DNA of 64,000 bases from an uncultured Bdellovibrionales bacterium (GCA_964436855.1 CAYTED010000001.1:21-64020); one strand, 5' to 3'; numbered from the stretch's first letter, positions 45,606 through 55,776 are shown. The notes: generated by a model from the letters alone, not told the origin. A program made the numbers and translations.

Positions 45606-47903
45606 ATGGATATATCACGCCGATGGTTTTCAACATATGAAGGTCGATTCTTCTCCGCCCTCTCGATTGCTTTAGCGTTTGTATCGCTTTTTTTTATCGC
45701 CAAACAAGTCAAGACATTTCTCTTCCTTCGAATCGATGGGGGAAATGATCCCTACTATTTCCTTTTTCTTGTTTTCGACACCTTATTCCTCGCCGGTGTC
45801 GGGTATCTTTGGAAAAAAGCTTCTTTAAAAACTTGGCTCGAAATTTTTCTCCTCGTATTTCTTCCCAGCGAAATTATCCTCTCTTACGGACTGACGCAAT
45901 CATCGGAATTTCACTACATATTCGATATTGCGACCGGTCTCTATGCAATCATTCTCGCATTTTTTCTGGTCCGTCTTTTTTACGAAAAAAAACGTCACTC
46001 CGAAGAACTGAAAACCGAGGGACTCTCTCCAAAAGAATGGTTCCGATCCCAAGGGTTTTTTGCTCTTCTGTTTGTTCTTGCTCTCACCATCAACTTTCTT
46101 GCATTTGCTCTCAAGGATTTTACAAAATTCGCAGCCGTCGATGAACCGCTCTGGTTCGGCCGAATTCCCCATTACTGGCACAATATTGAGGATCGTGACT
46201 GGAAAGGAACCAATATTAGCGACAAACCGGGTATCACTATTGCGCTCACCGCCGGAGCCGGCCTCTGGTTTGAAACCCCAAGCGCGTATCGATCGATTCA
46301 CGCTTCAAGCGAACTCATCCGAACGGAAAAACAAGCCGAGATTGAAAGTCTTTACTTTACCTTTCGACTTCCGGTTATCCTTTTTGCAACCCTGCTTCTT
46401 CCGCTCTTTTACTTTTTCCTTGAACGACTTACCGGTCGAACAAAAGCCCTTTTCGCTTACGCGTTTATCGGGCTGTCTCCGCCACTCGTCGGTATGATCA
46501 AAATCATCAATCCGGATTCATATCTCTGGATATTTGCACCGCTCTCTATTCTCGCCTATCTCCTCTACCAGAAATCAAACCGTTTCCGTTACCTTATCGC
46601 CGCCGGCATACTCTTTGGACTCGCGCTCCTTACCAAATATGTCGCCAATATCGTACTCGTCTTTCTCTTTGGACTTGTATTTCTCGAATATATTTTTCTT
46701 CCAAAAGAAAGTCGCCCCGAATTTCCGATATACCTCAAACGATCTCTCACTTCTCTCTTTGTCTTCATGACAATAGCTCTTTCGCTTTTCTGGATTCTTT
46801 TCCCGGCAGTTTGGGTCAAAACAAAAAAACTCTTCACAGCGACACTGTTCTCCGAAGCCTTCGAGAGTACCGCCCCGATTTTCGTCATTCTTCTTGCGAT
46901 TATTCTTCTCGACCAGTGGCTCAATCGCTCCCGAGGAGTCGCGTTTCTCATTGCGCTTTTTGACCGATGGAAAGATTGGATTGTCCGTATTATCGCGCTT
47001 CTCTTCGCTGCGTCCGTTCTTTTCGTGATCTGGAACTCCTTTTCCGGTATGAGTGTCTATAATTTTGAGACCCTCCTCGCCTCGCCAAAGACCATTTCCA
47101 CTCGAAGCGACTTTATCGGAATTTTCCTCACGAATTTCTACCCGCTCATATTCGGCCTGACCCCGCTCACCCTCATCTTTCTTGTCGGCGCTTCACTCTT
47201 CCTCTTCTGTAAACCATCGCTCGAGAAATTATCACACCGGCTTCTCTTCTTCTCTCTTCTCTTTATCCTCCTCTATTACTTTGGCGCCACCATTAACAGT
47301 GTCGGCATGATTGTGCGATATCAGATTATGCTCTTCCCGCTTGCCGCCATTGGATCCGGTATATTTGCAAGTATCGTTTTCTTGTTTCTCAAAGAAAAAA
47401 TTTCCTTTCCATTTGAAAAAAAGTTGTTTTTCCCTCTTGTTCTTGTGGTGCTTTTCGGTATCGGAATGGTCTCGCTTGTACAAAATCCGTTTCCGCTCTC
47501 GTATGCGTCTTCAGTTCTTCCAAACCGCTATCACACCGATGTAAAAGATATGGGACCGGGTTCCTATGAGGCGGCAATGTATCTCAACTCCCTGCCCGAT
47601 GCGGAAAATCTGCTCATTTGGACGGACAAAGACGGCGTGTGTCGATTCTTTGTCGGACGCTGCAAACGAAGTTTCAATTTCACCAATTTGAAAAAAGAGG
47701 GCCTCGATTATATTGTCGTTTCTTCCGCACGGAAAAACCGGACAACAAGTTTCGTAAAAAGAGAAGTCGATCGAATGAAGCCCGACATTATTCGTTTTGA
47801 CACCTATTACGATCGCACCGATCCGGACTACGAACTCAAAATAAACGGCCGCGACTCACACTTTGTCAAAGTCTTCAAGTGGTCAGAAGAAACACCGAAG
47901 TAA
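45606..47903 (+). CDS. ArnT/PMT-like GT-C glycosyltransferase
   Basis: VDEPLW, DKPGIT, INPD, LLTKY; paralog of the downstream gene. Confidence 0.8.
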   Translation: MDISRRWFSTYEGRFFSALSIALAFVSLFFIAKQVKTFLFLRIDGGNDPYYFLFLVFDTLFLAGVGYLWKKASLKTWLEIFLLVFLPSEIILSYGLTQSSEFHYIFDIATGLYAIILAFFLVRLFYEKKRHSEELKTEGLSPKEWFRSQGFFALLFVLALTINFLAFALKDFTKFAAVDEPLWFGRIPHYWHNIEDRDWKGTNISDKPGITIALTAGAGLWFETPSAYRSIHASSELIRTEKQAEIESLYFTFRLPVILFATLLLPLFYFFLERLTGRTKALFAYAFIGLSPPLVGMIKIINPDSYLWIFAPLSILAYLLYQKSNRFRYLIAAGILFGLALLTKYVANIVLVFLFGLVFLEYIFLPKESRPEFPIYLKRSLTSLFVFMTIALSLFWILFPAVWVKTKKLFTATLFSEAFESTAPIFVILLAIILLDQWLNRSRGVAFLIALFDRWKDWIVRIIALLFAASVLFVIWNSFSGMSVYNFETLLASPKTISTRSDFIGIFLTNFYPLIFGLTPLTLIFLVGASLFLFCKPSLEKLSHRLLFFSLLFILLYYFGATINSVGMIVRYQIMLFPLAAIGSGIFASIVFLFLKEKISFPFEKKLFFPLVLVVLFGIGMVSLVQNPFPLSYASSVLPNRYHTDVKDMGPGSYEAAMYLNSLPDAENLLIWTDKDGVCRFFVGRCKRSFNFTNLKKEGLDYIVVSSARKNRTTSFVKREVDRMKPDIIRFDTYYDRTDPDYELKINGRDSHFVKVFKWSEETPK

Positions 47904-49810
47904 TGCCCTCTCTTATTGATCGATATTCACTCTCCTTCCTCACGCTCGGAATCGCTCTCTTTTTCGGTTTCGGATTGTTTCATTTGGGAAAATTCGAGAC
48001 AGTCGATGAACACTTCTGGAAATACGACCGAATCGGCGATTACTTTTCCGGATGGAAACAAGGATTAAAGGAAGGAAAATGGAAAAAAACTCGCATCAAT
48101 GACAAACCGGGAATCACAATTGCCCTCACATCCGGAATAGGACTTTTAGTCGAACCGGATCCGGAATCGCACCGTATTCGTGACCCGAAGCAAACGAGTG
48201 ATGACTTCTACACTCTGTACGACACACGCCGGACCGAACGCCTGAATATTGCATTGCGACTCCCTATTCTTATTATCAATACACTCCTTCTTATTCTTTT
48301 TTTCTTCCTCGGAAAACGATACTTCGCGAGATCGGACACAGCTCTTTTTGCGACGCTTTTTCTCACGCTTTCGCCAATCATCGTTGGAATATCGCAAATA
48401 ATCAATCCCGACGCTCTCCTCTGGTCGCTTGGCGGAAACGCGCTTCTTGCATTTCTCATTTTCCTCAAAGAAAACTCTTTCCGTTTTGCCCTCCTCTCGG
48501 GAATATTGTTTGGATTCGTCATCCTTACCAAATACACGGGAAATATCCTCCTTCCAAGTTTTTTCCTCCTCGGAATACTCTCTCTCTTTGTCCGATATGA
48601 AACAGAATACTGCGATACCGAAATATTCCGAAAAACCGTGAAAAGAATTTTTTTTGGTCTTGGTATCGTGTTCCTCTCCGGTATCGTGATCTTCTTGATG
48701 TTTCTCCCCGCCGCCATCGAAAATACAAAATATCTTTTCTCCGGAACACTCGATTCACCGGCGTTTCGAGCAGTTCGACTTCCTTTTTTCGGACTTCTTC
48801 TCCTGATCGCCGTCGATCTCTTCGCCTTCCGATCAAGATACCTTCACAAACTTCTTCGATTTCTCTCATCGAAAAAATTGCTTCTCTTTGGAATAATTGC
48901 CGCCATTCCGCTTTCCTTTTTTCTTCTCTCTCTGGCAAATATATATGGTAAGGAATTCCTCTTCCCGATCGACAATATCCGGGAGATGTCGGTCGAGGAA
49001 GATACTCTTGCCTTTCCAGACTTCGCCAATAACCCCCTTCCAATATTTCTTATAAAAGCAATGACGGTTCAGTTTTCGATGTTTGTCTTCAGCCTCCCAA
49101 CACTCTCGTTTCTTCTTTTCATCGGACTCCTCCTGTGGATGATCCGATTCGGAAAAAACACGGATCCGGACTTTGCGCTCATTTTCCTTTTTGTATCGCT
49201 CTTTCTCCCGCTCTATATGGCAGGAGGACTCGCAAGCGATGTCCTTGTCAATCCGCGCTATTCCATACTCCTCTATCCTTTTCTTGCGCTCGCATTTGGC
49301 GCATTCGTCTCTCTCCTTTCCGAGAGAGTACATAAATACACACCTTCGATTCGAGCGCTTTTTTTCGGATCGGTTATTCTTCTCTTTGGATTTTTTTCAC
49401 TCTTCTCTTCAAAACCCTTTTATCTCAATTTCGAAAATGCGCTGCTTCCAAAACAGCTCACTTTCGCGGATGCCTGGGGGTACGGTGCCTACGAAGCGGC
49501 AGCCTATCTCAACAACCTCCCGAATCCCGAAACGATCGAGATTTGGACGGATCGCTCTGGCATTTGTCAATTTATCAAGGGGAAATGCCACCGCGATCAC
49601 GAGATTGACCCGAATCATCCCCCGGATTACTTTGTCTTTTCCCGCCGCGGATCACTCCGACATCCGTTTGAATGGGACGAACGAAAAGGTGCGCCGAAAC
49701 ACCCGACAATGTACTATTACGAACAAGTCAAAACAAATCCCGCATGGAAACTCGAGATCAATGATCGGCCGAGCAACTTCATCGTGATCGTCAAATCGGA
49801 AGAAGAATAG
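47903..49810 (+). CDS. ArnT/PMT-like GT-C glycosyltransferase
   Basis: VDEHFW, DKPGIT, INPD, ILTKY; TAATG overlap with the upstream paralog. Confidence 0.8.
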   Translation: MPSLIDRYSLSFLTLGIALFFGFGLFHLGKFETVDEHFWKYDRIGDYFSGWKQGLKEGKWKKTRINDKPGITIALTSGIGLLVEPDPESHRIRDPKQTSDDFYTLYDTRRTERLNIALRLPILIINTLLLILFFFLGKRYFARSDTALFATLFLTLSPIIVGISQIINPDALLWSLGGNALLAFLIFLKENSFRFALLSGILFGFVILTKYTGNILLPSFFLLGILSLFVRYETEYCDTEIFRKTVKRIFFGLGIVFLSGIVIFLMFLPAAIENTKYLFSGTLDSPAFRAVRLPFFGLLLLIAVDLFAFRSRYLHKLLRFLSSKKLLLFGIIAAIPLSFFLLSLANIYGKEFLFPIDNIREMSVEEDTLAFPDFANNPLPIFLIKAMTVQFSMFVFSLPTLSFLLFIGLLLWMIRFGKNTDPDFALIFLFVSLFLPLYMAGGLASDVLVNPRYSILLYPFLALAFGAFVSLLSERVHKYTPSIRALFFGSVILLFGFFSLFSSKPFYLNFENALLPKQLTFADAWGYGAYEAAAYLNNLPNPETIEIWTDRSGICQFIKGKCHRDHEIDPNHPPDYFVFSRRGSLRHPFEWDERKGAPKHPTMYYYEQVKTNPAWKLEINDRPSNFIVIVKSEEE

Positions 49811-49850
49811 CTTATATAAGCATTAAAACAGCGGAGAGACCACTGTTTTT

Positions 49851-50780
49851 TTATTTTTTTCCCTCACGCAAATATTGAGGAAGCGCGATAAACGAAATGA
49901 GCATTTGGAGAAATCGAGAAAGAATTGCGATTGCGACGGCTGAATCCGGCGCGACACCGACGAGTGGAAAAAATGTGAAGTACGCCCACTCCTTTATACC
50001 GATATTATTAATCGAGAGCGGCACGCTCGAAATAATCGTAACGATAAAAATAACCGAGAGATACGGAAAGAATGCAATGTCCTTGCCAATCGCAAGAAAG
50101 AGCGCGTAATTCGAGAGTGCGATCCCGACGAACGCAAAGAGCGCCGAGTAGAGACTCGCTTTCGTCCAAATCCCCTTCTTTGTGAACCCGATCACCTCTT
50201 CGATCAGTCGACGAATTGCAAATGGCGCAAAGGCAAGCAATCGATGAAACCATGGTTGAAAATACGCGTACGTCACAAACAAATCCCCAAGCAAGAAAAG
50301 GAACAAACCAAGGAGCGCCCCCTGAACGGCAATATTGTCCGAAAAATATCTCCACAACGATACCGAAAAAAGAAGCGCGAGAATCGCCGTTGTCCAAAGC
50401 CCGATAAATCGATCAAAAACAACCGTAGAAAGCGAGGCTGCCTTCGCGTCGGTCTTCCGCGCAAGCCACAATCCTCGATACGCATCGCCGCCGATCGTCG
50501 ATGGAAGAAAATTATTGATAAACGCCCCGGTCAGATACGTAAAAAACCCTTCTTTCAAAGAAAAGGTGAGATCCGGGTGCTTATGCACGGCAATCACCTG
50601 CCACTTCCGTGCGGAAAGAATATTTCCCGAAAGCTGCAGTATCACATAAAAAAGAAGAAAGAAAAAAGAAACTCCCTGCAATTCGGAAAGTACGACCGAC
50701 CAATTCACTTTCTCGATGAGCCACAGCACAAGCCCTGCTCCAATCGTAATTTTGAGAAGAAAAAAAAGTTTCTTTTTCAT
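49851..50780 (-). CDS. LPG_synthase_TM/AglD2-like flippase domain protein
   Basis: NNFLPSTIGGDAYR, DRFIG, PLSINNIGIKE. Confidence 0.87.
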   Translation of the reverse strand: MKKKLFFLLKITIGAGLVLWLIEKVNWSVVLSELQGVSFFFLLFYVILQLSGNILSARKWQVIAVHKHPDLTFSLKEGFFTYLTGAFINNFLPSTIGGDAYRGLWLARKTDAKAASLSTVVFDRFIGLWTTAILALLFSVSLWRYFSDNIAVQGALLGLFLFLLGDLFVTYAYFQPWFHRLLAFAPFAIRRLIEEVIGFTKKGIWTKASLYSALFAFVGIALSNYALFLAIGKDIAFFPYLSVIFIVTIISSVPLSINNIGIKEWAYFTFFPLVGVAPDSAVAIAILSRFLQMLISFIALPQYLREGKK

Positions 50781-50785
50781 GCTTT

Positions 50786-51946
50786 TTATTTGAAAAGATC
50801 TTTTGCTTTCCGATATTGTTCGATATACCGCTCCGCAACATTCCTCCAACTCATTGATTCCGCTTTTATGCGACTCGCCTCGGCAAGAGAGCGGCAGAGA
50901 GCGGAATCATTCACGAGTCGCTCCAGTTTTTCCGCGATATCAACTGTTGATTTCATTTGAATTTCAAAGCCGTTTTTCCCCTCGAGAAGCACTTCGTCCG
51001 ACCCGCCGGTACGCGTTACAAGAAGCGGGAGTCCTGCCGCTGCCGCCTCAAGCATCGCATTACTCATTCCTTCGTTCATCGACGGAAGAATGAAGGCATC
51101 CGCTTTGGCATACCACTTTGAAAGTTCCTCGTGCGGAACACGTCCGATAAACTTCACCTGATTGGAAATACCGTGTTCTTTTGCAAGCGCTTCCAGTGAT
51201 TCTCGTTCGTGTCCATCACCGATAAGCAACGCTTCGACATTCGAAATATTCTTTTCTTTTTTAAGCGTCGCGAGCGCGGCGATAAGATACCGCAACCCCT
51301 TTCTCGGCGTCAGTCGCGAAGTTGAAATCACCCGAAATATTCCATCCGTACTCCCCGTACTCGGCGTGAATTCCGCGATATCGATTCCGTTCGGAATGAT
51401 ATCCATGCGCTGTTTCGGATTCGTCTGTTCGGCGAGCCGCTTGAGTCCCGCGCTTGCAGAGATCACCGCCGCCGCATCCTTCCAGATTCTCCGAATCGCC
51501 GGCTTGAGCGCATGATAAAGAAAAGAAAAACGCTCGCTAAATCCGGGGACATCCGCCCCGCGAAGCGAGACAATATACGGCACACGATACTTCTTGGAAA
51601 GCCGCATCGCCATATATCCGCACGGTACGGAAAAAAAAGCATGCACGAGATCAAACTTCTCTTTTCGAAGAAGCTCATTTGATTTTTTATAACCCTCCCA
51701 CGTATAAAAAAGCAAATCCTTTACAGATTGAAAGTGAAGATTTTTTTCATTCTTCCCGATAGGAACCGAATGAACAACTACCCTTCCGCCAATGCATTCA
51801 TCGTGAAATCCCGCATCAACCGACGAGGTGATGAGGTGCACTTCAAGATCGGGAATTTTCGTGTATTCACGCAAGAGATACTGCGTCGCATTTCCCGCTC
51901 CGCCCCCAAGCGGCGGATATTCGTAATTCAAAAAGAGGATTTTCAT
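50786..51946 (-). CDS. GT4 glycosyltransferase
   Basis: YEYPPLGGGAG, RLTPRKG, EGMSNAMLEA. Confidence 0.93.
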   Translation of the reverse strand: MKILFLNYEYPPLGGGAGNATQYLLREYTKIPDLEVHLITSSVDAGFHDECIGGRVVVHSVPIGKNEKNLHFQSVKDLLFYTWEGYKKSNELLRKEKFDLVHAFFSVPCGYMAMRLSKKYRVPYIVSLRGADVPGFSERFSFLYHALKPAIRRIWKDAAAVISASAGLKRLAEQTNPKQRMDIIPNGIDIAEFTPSTGSTDGIFRVISTSRLTPRKGLRYLIAALATLKKEKNISNVEALLIGDGHERESLEALAKEHGISNQVKFIGRVPHEELSKWYAKADAFILPSMNEGMSNAMLEAAAAGLPLLVTRTGGSDEVLLEGKNGFEIQMKSTVDIAEKLERLVNDSALCRSLAEASRIKAESMSWRNVAERYIEQYRKAKDLFK

Positions 51947-51969
51947 AGTTTTAAGCCATTTCAAGGATA

Positions 51970-51998
51970 TTGACAAACATCAGAATACGCTCTATACT
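51970..51998 (+). promoter_or_regulatory. sigma70 promoter convergent to the toxin gene
   Basis: TTGACA-17 bp-TATACT. Confidence 0.8.
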
Positions 51999-52004
51999 CT
52001 ATGT

Positions 52005-52056
52005 ATAAATGGGCTTCGGCCTCCGAGACCCCGCCTTACGGTGGGGTCGTTTTTTT
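52005..52056 (+). ncRNA. Putative ~50-nt small RNA (candidate antitoxin)
   Basis: Promoter, GGGC-UUCG-GCCU hairpin, then terminator GACCCCGCC-ttac-GGTGGGGTC-gT7. Confidence 0.55.
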
Positions 52057-52447
52057 ATACAGATACCGATTTCACTGCTTGCTGTATCTTCTCAAAATCG
52101 CCTTCCGATATCATACCAAGTTTTCGCAAAAGCCGCTTACTACTCAAGACACGGATTTGCGAAAGAACAAGATAATATTCTTTGTCACGCCTCGTAATTT
52201 TATAGAAAAACTTTCCCTTTTTCGGTCGACTTGTTTGCGGCACCGAAAGAAAAAGGTATTTGTTGAATTTTTTCAAGATAAGAATCGGTCGCTCGTAATT
52301 ATCGTTCTTCCCATCTTGTTCAAATCCGATATTGACACCAAGCGCACACCACCAGAGTTCCCGCTCATAAAAATACGGGATATGTTCATCCGGAATGTCA
52401 TTCAAAAACTCCTTCTTTTTACACCAACCCAAAAAATCTTTTCCCAT
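52055..52447 (-). CDS. PemK/MazF-family endoribonuclease toxin (no protein antitoxin adjacent)
   Basis: ERELWWCALGVNIGFEQDGK..RPILILKK, VPQTS, LSQIRVLSSKRL. Confidence 0.88.
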   Translation of the reverse strand: MGKDFLGWCKKKEFLNDIPDEHIPYFYERELWWCALGVNIGFEQDGKNDNYERPILILKKFNKYLFLSVPQTSRPKKGKFFYKITRRDKEYYLVLSQIRVLSSKRLLRKLGMISEGDFEKIQQAVKSVSV

Positions 52448-52451
52448 AATT

Positions 52452-55400
52452 TTAATAATACACCTTCACGTTCCCCTTCTCCGTCGTAAGTCCCGGAATA
52501 ATCATTCCGGAAATCTTCTTCCGAACGGGACGACGATCCGTGTTATCATCACCCTCATCGGATAAATCTCTCGGTTTCTCCATTATGACAGTTTGATGTT
52601 TCTTTGGAAGGTAGTGCGATTCAAGCTTCACTGTATCGGTTCGGATATGCGAGGCAAAGAGCGCATATTCGTTTGTGTCTTGCCGGAGACGGAGTATCCA
52701 TTTGTAATCGAGGGTTGTTTTCGGAAGATTCGCCGAAACACCATCGTACGCGATCGATTTGAACTCGATCGAAATCCGACCGAAACGATCTCTTTCCTTT
52801 TCAAAAGAAAGTTCGGTTCGATGACCAGCTGCATCGGTAAGAGTAACGGTCTTTATTTCTTTTTGCTTCTCCTTGTCATTCCGAGCAAGTCTTCGAGTTG
52901 AGGAATCTCTAAATTGAGGTCCCTCGACTTCGCTCGGGATGACAGAATCCATCATCACTACTGAAACAGATTGACTGAAAGCATCCATTCCGACGATATC
53001 AAGTTTCTGTACTTCGGGATTGAAAGAAATTTTTGCTTCAGGGGCGGTCTTGTCAATCTTGATTGTTTGGATCTTCACTTCTTCCTTGTTTCCCATTTGG
53101 TCGGTCGAGAAATACTGAATAGTCGCAATCCCTTCTTGAGAAAGAACAAACGGATCGGTATATATCCTCCATGTCGTACCACTATCAAATGAGTATTCTG
53201 TCTTTTGAATACCGGTTCCATTTTCATTGTCAGCTGCGGAAAGCGCGATCGAAACATCACTCGTATACCAACCATTTGCGCCTTCCGTTCCGGAGAGAGA
53301 AAGCGTTGTGACTGGAGGAATAGTATCAGTCTCCCCTCCTCCGGTAACCGTATCGCCTTCAATCGCAATCGCTTGTTCTTCTTCTGCCAAGAGAGTGGCC
53401 GTTCCTCGGAGAGTCGCCGTCGATTCTTTCGCTTCGCCCATATCCGGATCTTCGGTAATCTTCGTCGCTTCAATACGATAGTTACCCTCTCCCGTTCCTT
53501 GGGTCAAGATCTTGTATTCGCCATCTTCCGGATTCGGAATGGTGATGAATTCGTTTTTAGTCTGATAACCGGTATAGAAAGCGCCTTCAATTTCGTTGAT
53601 GATGTCTCCTGTTTTGAAGTTCTTTCCGATCCGTTTTCCGGAAGGGGAAACGACTTGAATGTCAATGGGAGAGAAAACCTTAATCAAGAAAATGTTCGGC
53701 ACATTTACTTCTATGATTTCTTTGCATTCTGATCGACCTGACAATTCGTGGAACACGAGACATCGCGCCCTACTCGGCAGCTCGGTATGTTCAGCATCGA
53801 GAATTTCTTCCTTATCTGAAGGAAGAGCTTCAGCACTTGAGAGAGGGACGGTGCCATCTCCGGAAGAAAAAGAGAATCCATTTTCAGGATTATCGGAATA
53901 AAAATCAAGAGGCATTCCATTCTCCCACTTACCCAACTTAGAAGTATGGATGAGCTTTATTTTTTCAATTGATTTTTGAATCGACTGTTTGCCAATAACA
54001 CTCAAACTTCTTACGCCGTTAAGCGCATTAACATTCATTGTTAAATTTTCCAAAAACTCATTCCTCGAATAATTCTCCGGGTACGATCGCATTGTTTCAC
54101 TTCCAAGATCAAACAAATAATCATAATCCGGAAGCAGTTGTTTTACCGAAAACACAGCTCCACGAATATATTCATACAGACTCGAGTATCCCGAGTGTTC
54201 CGCTTCAATCGTAAAGTGATGCTTGAGGACACTGTCGAGCAAATCTGTCCCAAACTCTCCTCCCTCCCACATTAAGTAAGCTTTTGGCGCACCCCGATGC
54301 GGCGTACCGAGCGTTACGAGCTGATCAACATCACTCTGATACGCATCGCCTTCGATATATTCCCTTGCTACCAACCCGCCCATCGAATGTGCGGCAATAT
54401 CGACCTTTTCCGATCCGGTTTCATTTTTGATGTCCGTGATTTTTTGTTTCAAATCATTCGCCGTATCGCGATTGTCCCGTTTCCAATCGTAAGGAAAGAG
54501 AAAGAGGTTCCTCCCTTCTTCATAGCCGTTTTTCTTGAGTGATGCGACAAGATCGTCGTAAATATGAAGAATCGGATCAAGCACCCATTCTCCGTTGTCA
54601 TTCTTTTCCGAGCCAAGAATCCCGGGAACGATGATGAGCGGATCGGCCAAGAGATCATTTTGTCGGAAACCGGAGTATGCGACCGTTCCCGAGACTTTTT
54701 TCCCTTCACCAAAATGACCATAGTCATTCGATACATCTCCCCGCGGACCGGTGATATCGCCGTAATAATTATTGCGAAGCGAGACGATCGGTTCGCAAAC
54801 TGCTCCTTCCGGACAGCTTCCATCTCCAATCGAAACCGCTTCGTTCGCCTGACGGTAGAAATCCTCGGTATTTCCGATCGGGATATTGTTGTCGCTTCGC
54901 TTGTACGGAATATAGTACGAAAAATTCGAGTTAATGATAGAAAGAGTATCCGCTCCCTCACCCCACCGGTATGGGTATTCCGCGCGAATGTCGGAAGAGA
55001 GACTCCCCTGGAAAAGGGAATTCTCAATCCGAAGCCGCCCTTCGAAAAAATGAAGGGTCGGGAGTCCGGGAGTCGTTCCGAAATCACCTCCGGCTTCTTC
55101 ATTCTCTTTCCCGCCGTCAAGGAAGTGAACGTGTCGGAAAAGAGATGGGTCATTTTCGACGCTCCCTTGGAAAAAAACTTGGTAGTGCGCGGTTTCGTCT
55201 TTCGGAGCGAACACAATCGGATTCGTTTCCGTTCCGTTTGCAAGTACCCGCCCACCCTGAATCTGGAAGAGTCCGTATCCGCCAAAAGAATCGGAAAGGG
55301 TGATATGGACGCCTTCTTCGATCGTAAGTGTCGCACCGGATACGATCACTGGCTTGTCGAAAGAAAGTTCCGAGTCTTTGATCCAGACAGTATCCTCGAC

Positions 55401-55502
55401 AATGGAGATAACACTTTCGTCTTCGGGAACTTCCTGCGCGAAGACGACTGTGGGACAAAGTAAAACAGGAACCGAAAGAATTCGGAAGAGATTACTTCGC
55501 AT
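52452..55502 (-). CDS. Large secreted multidomain protein with LCAT/PGAP1-like alpha/beta-hydrolase domain
   Basis: Signal peptide, beta-helix-like N-terminus, IVPGILGS, FPYDW, AHSMGG, GTPHRG, GDGTVP, EHTELP, Ig-like DTIPPVT..IDKTAP domain. Confidence 0.85.
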   Translation of the reverse strand: MRSNLFRILSVPVLLCPTVVFAQEVPEDESVISIVEDTVWIKDSELSFDKPVIVSGATLTIEEGVHITLSDSFGGYGLFQIQGGRVLANGTETNPIVFAPKDETAHYQVFFQGSVENDPSLFRHVHFLDGGKENEEAGGDFGTTPGLPTLHFFEGRLRIENSLFQGSLSSDIRAEYPYRWGEGADTLSIINSNFSYYIPYKRSDNNIPIGNTEDFYRQANEAVSIGDGSCPEGAVCEPIVSLRNNYYGDITGPRGDVSNDYGHFGEGKKVSGTVAYSGFRQNDLLADPLIIVPGILGSEKNDNGEWVLDPILHIYDDLVASLKKNGYEEGRNLFLFPYDWKRDNRDTANDLKQKITDIKNETGSEKVDIAAHSMGGLVAREYIEGDAYQSDVDQLVTLGTPHRGAPKAYLMWEGGEFGTDLLDSVLKHHFTIEAEHSGYSSLYEYIRGAVFSVKQLLPDYDYLFDLGSETMRSYPENYSRNEFLENLTMNVNALNGVRSLSVIGKQSIQKSIEKIKLIHTSKLGKWENGMPLDFYSDNPENGFSFSSGDGTVPLSSAEALPSDKEEILDAEHTELPSRARCLVFHELSGRSECKEIIEVNVPNIFLIKVFSPIDIQVVSPSGKRIGKNFKTGDIINEIEGAFYTGYQTKNEFITIPNPEDGEYKILTQGTGEGNYRIEATKITEDPDMGEAKESTATLRGTATLLAEEEQAIAIEGDTVTGGGETDTIPPVTTLSLSGTEGANGWYTSDVSIALSAADNENGTGIQKTEYSFDSGTTWRIYTDPFVLSQEGIATIQYFSTDQMGNKEEVKIQTIKIDKTAPEAKISFNPEVQKLDIVGMDAFSQSVSVVMMDSVIPSEVEGPQFRDSSTRRLARNDKEKQKEIKTVTLTDAAGHRTELSFEKERDRFGRISIEFKSIAYDGVSANLPKTTLDYKWILRLRQDTNEYALFASHIRTDTVKLESHYLPKKHQTVIMEKPRDLSDEGDDNTDRRPVRKKISGMIIPGLTTEKGNVKVYY
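52874..52944. repeat. Inverted doublet of GTCAT-type REP-like elements, in frame within the CDS
   Basis: TGTCATTCCGAGC...GCTCGGGATGACA; encodes VIPSEVEGPQFRDSSTRRLARND. Confidence 0.82.
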
Positions 55503-55776
55503 ATTTGTTTCGGAAAAAATTTACAAGGAGTGAAGCGAGAAGAACGAGGTTGAGAAGTGGCCAAATAGTAACAACAAAAGAAACAAACCATTTTAAGTCA
55601 TAAAAAGAATAAAATAGAGATCGTCTATCAAAATAAAAAATCACATTCGCAAAAAAAGAAAGGACAAGCGTGCCGAGAAGATATTTTTTCTTCACGAGGA
55701 GCGCGATTCCGATACAAAGAGGGATGAGATAGAACATGAACATAATCGTAAAATTGTCCGCTGTACTTCCAAACAT
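55492..55776 (-). CDS. Small membrane protein (about 3 TM)
   Basis: Hydrophobic 94-aa ORF overlapping the start of the hydrolase gene. Confidence 0.6.
   Translation of the reverse strand: MFGSTADNFTIMFMFYLIPLCIGIALLVKKKYLLGTLVLSFFANVIFYFDRRSLFYSFYDLKWFVSFVVTIWPLLNLVLLASLLVNFFRNKYAK

Noticed and set aside
52005-52030. ToxI-like H-type pseudoknot in the small RNA
   Set aside because: The two possible pairings (GGGC/GCCU and UCGG/CCGA) overlap and leave no connecting loop, so they are alternatives rather than a clear pseudoknot.
54449-55463. Long alternative-frame and antisense ORFs (295-333 aa here and at 44170, 20740, 55736)
   Set aside because: Shadow ORFs overlapping well-supported genes, with no protein motifs.
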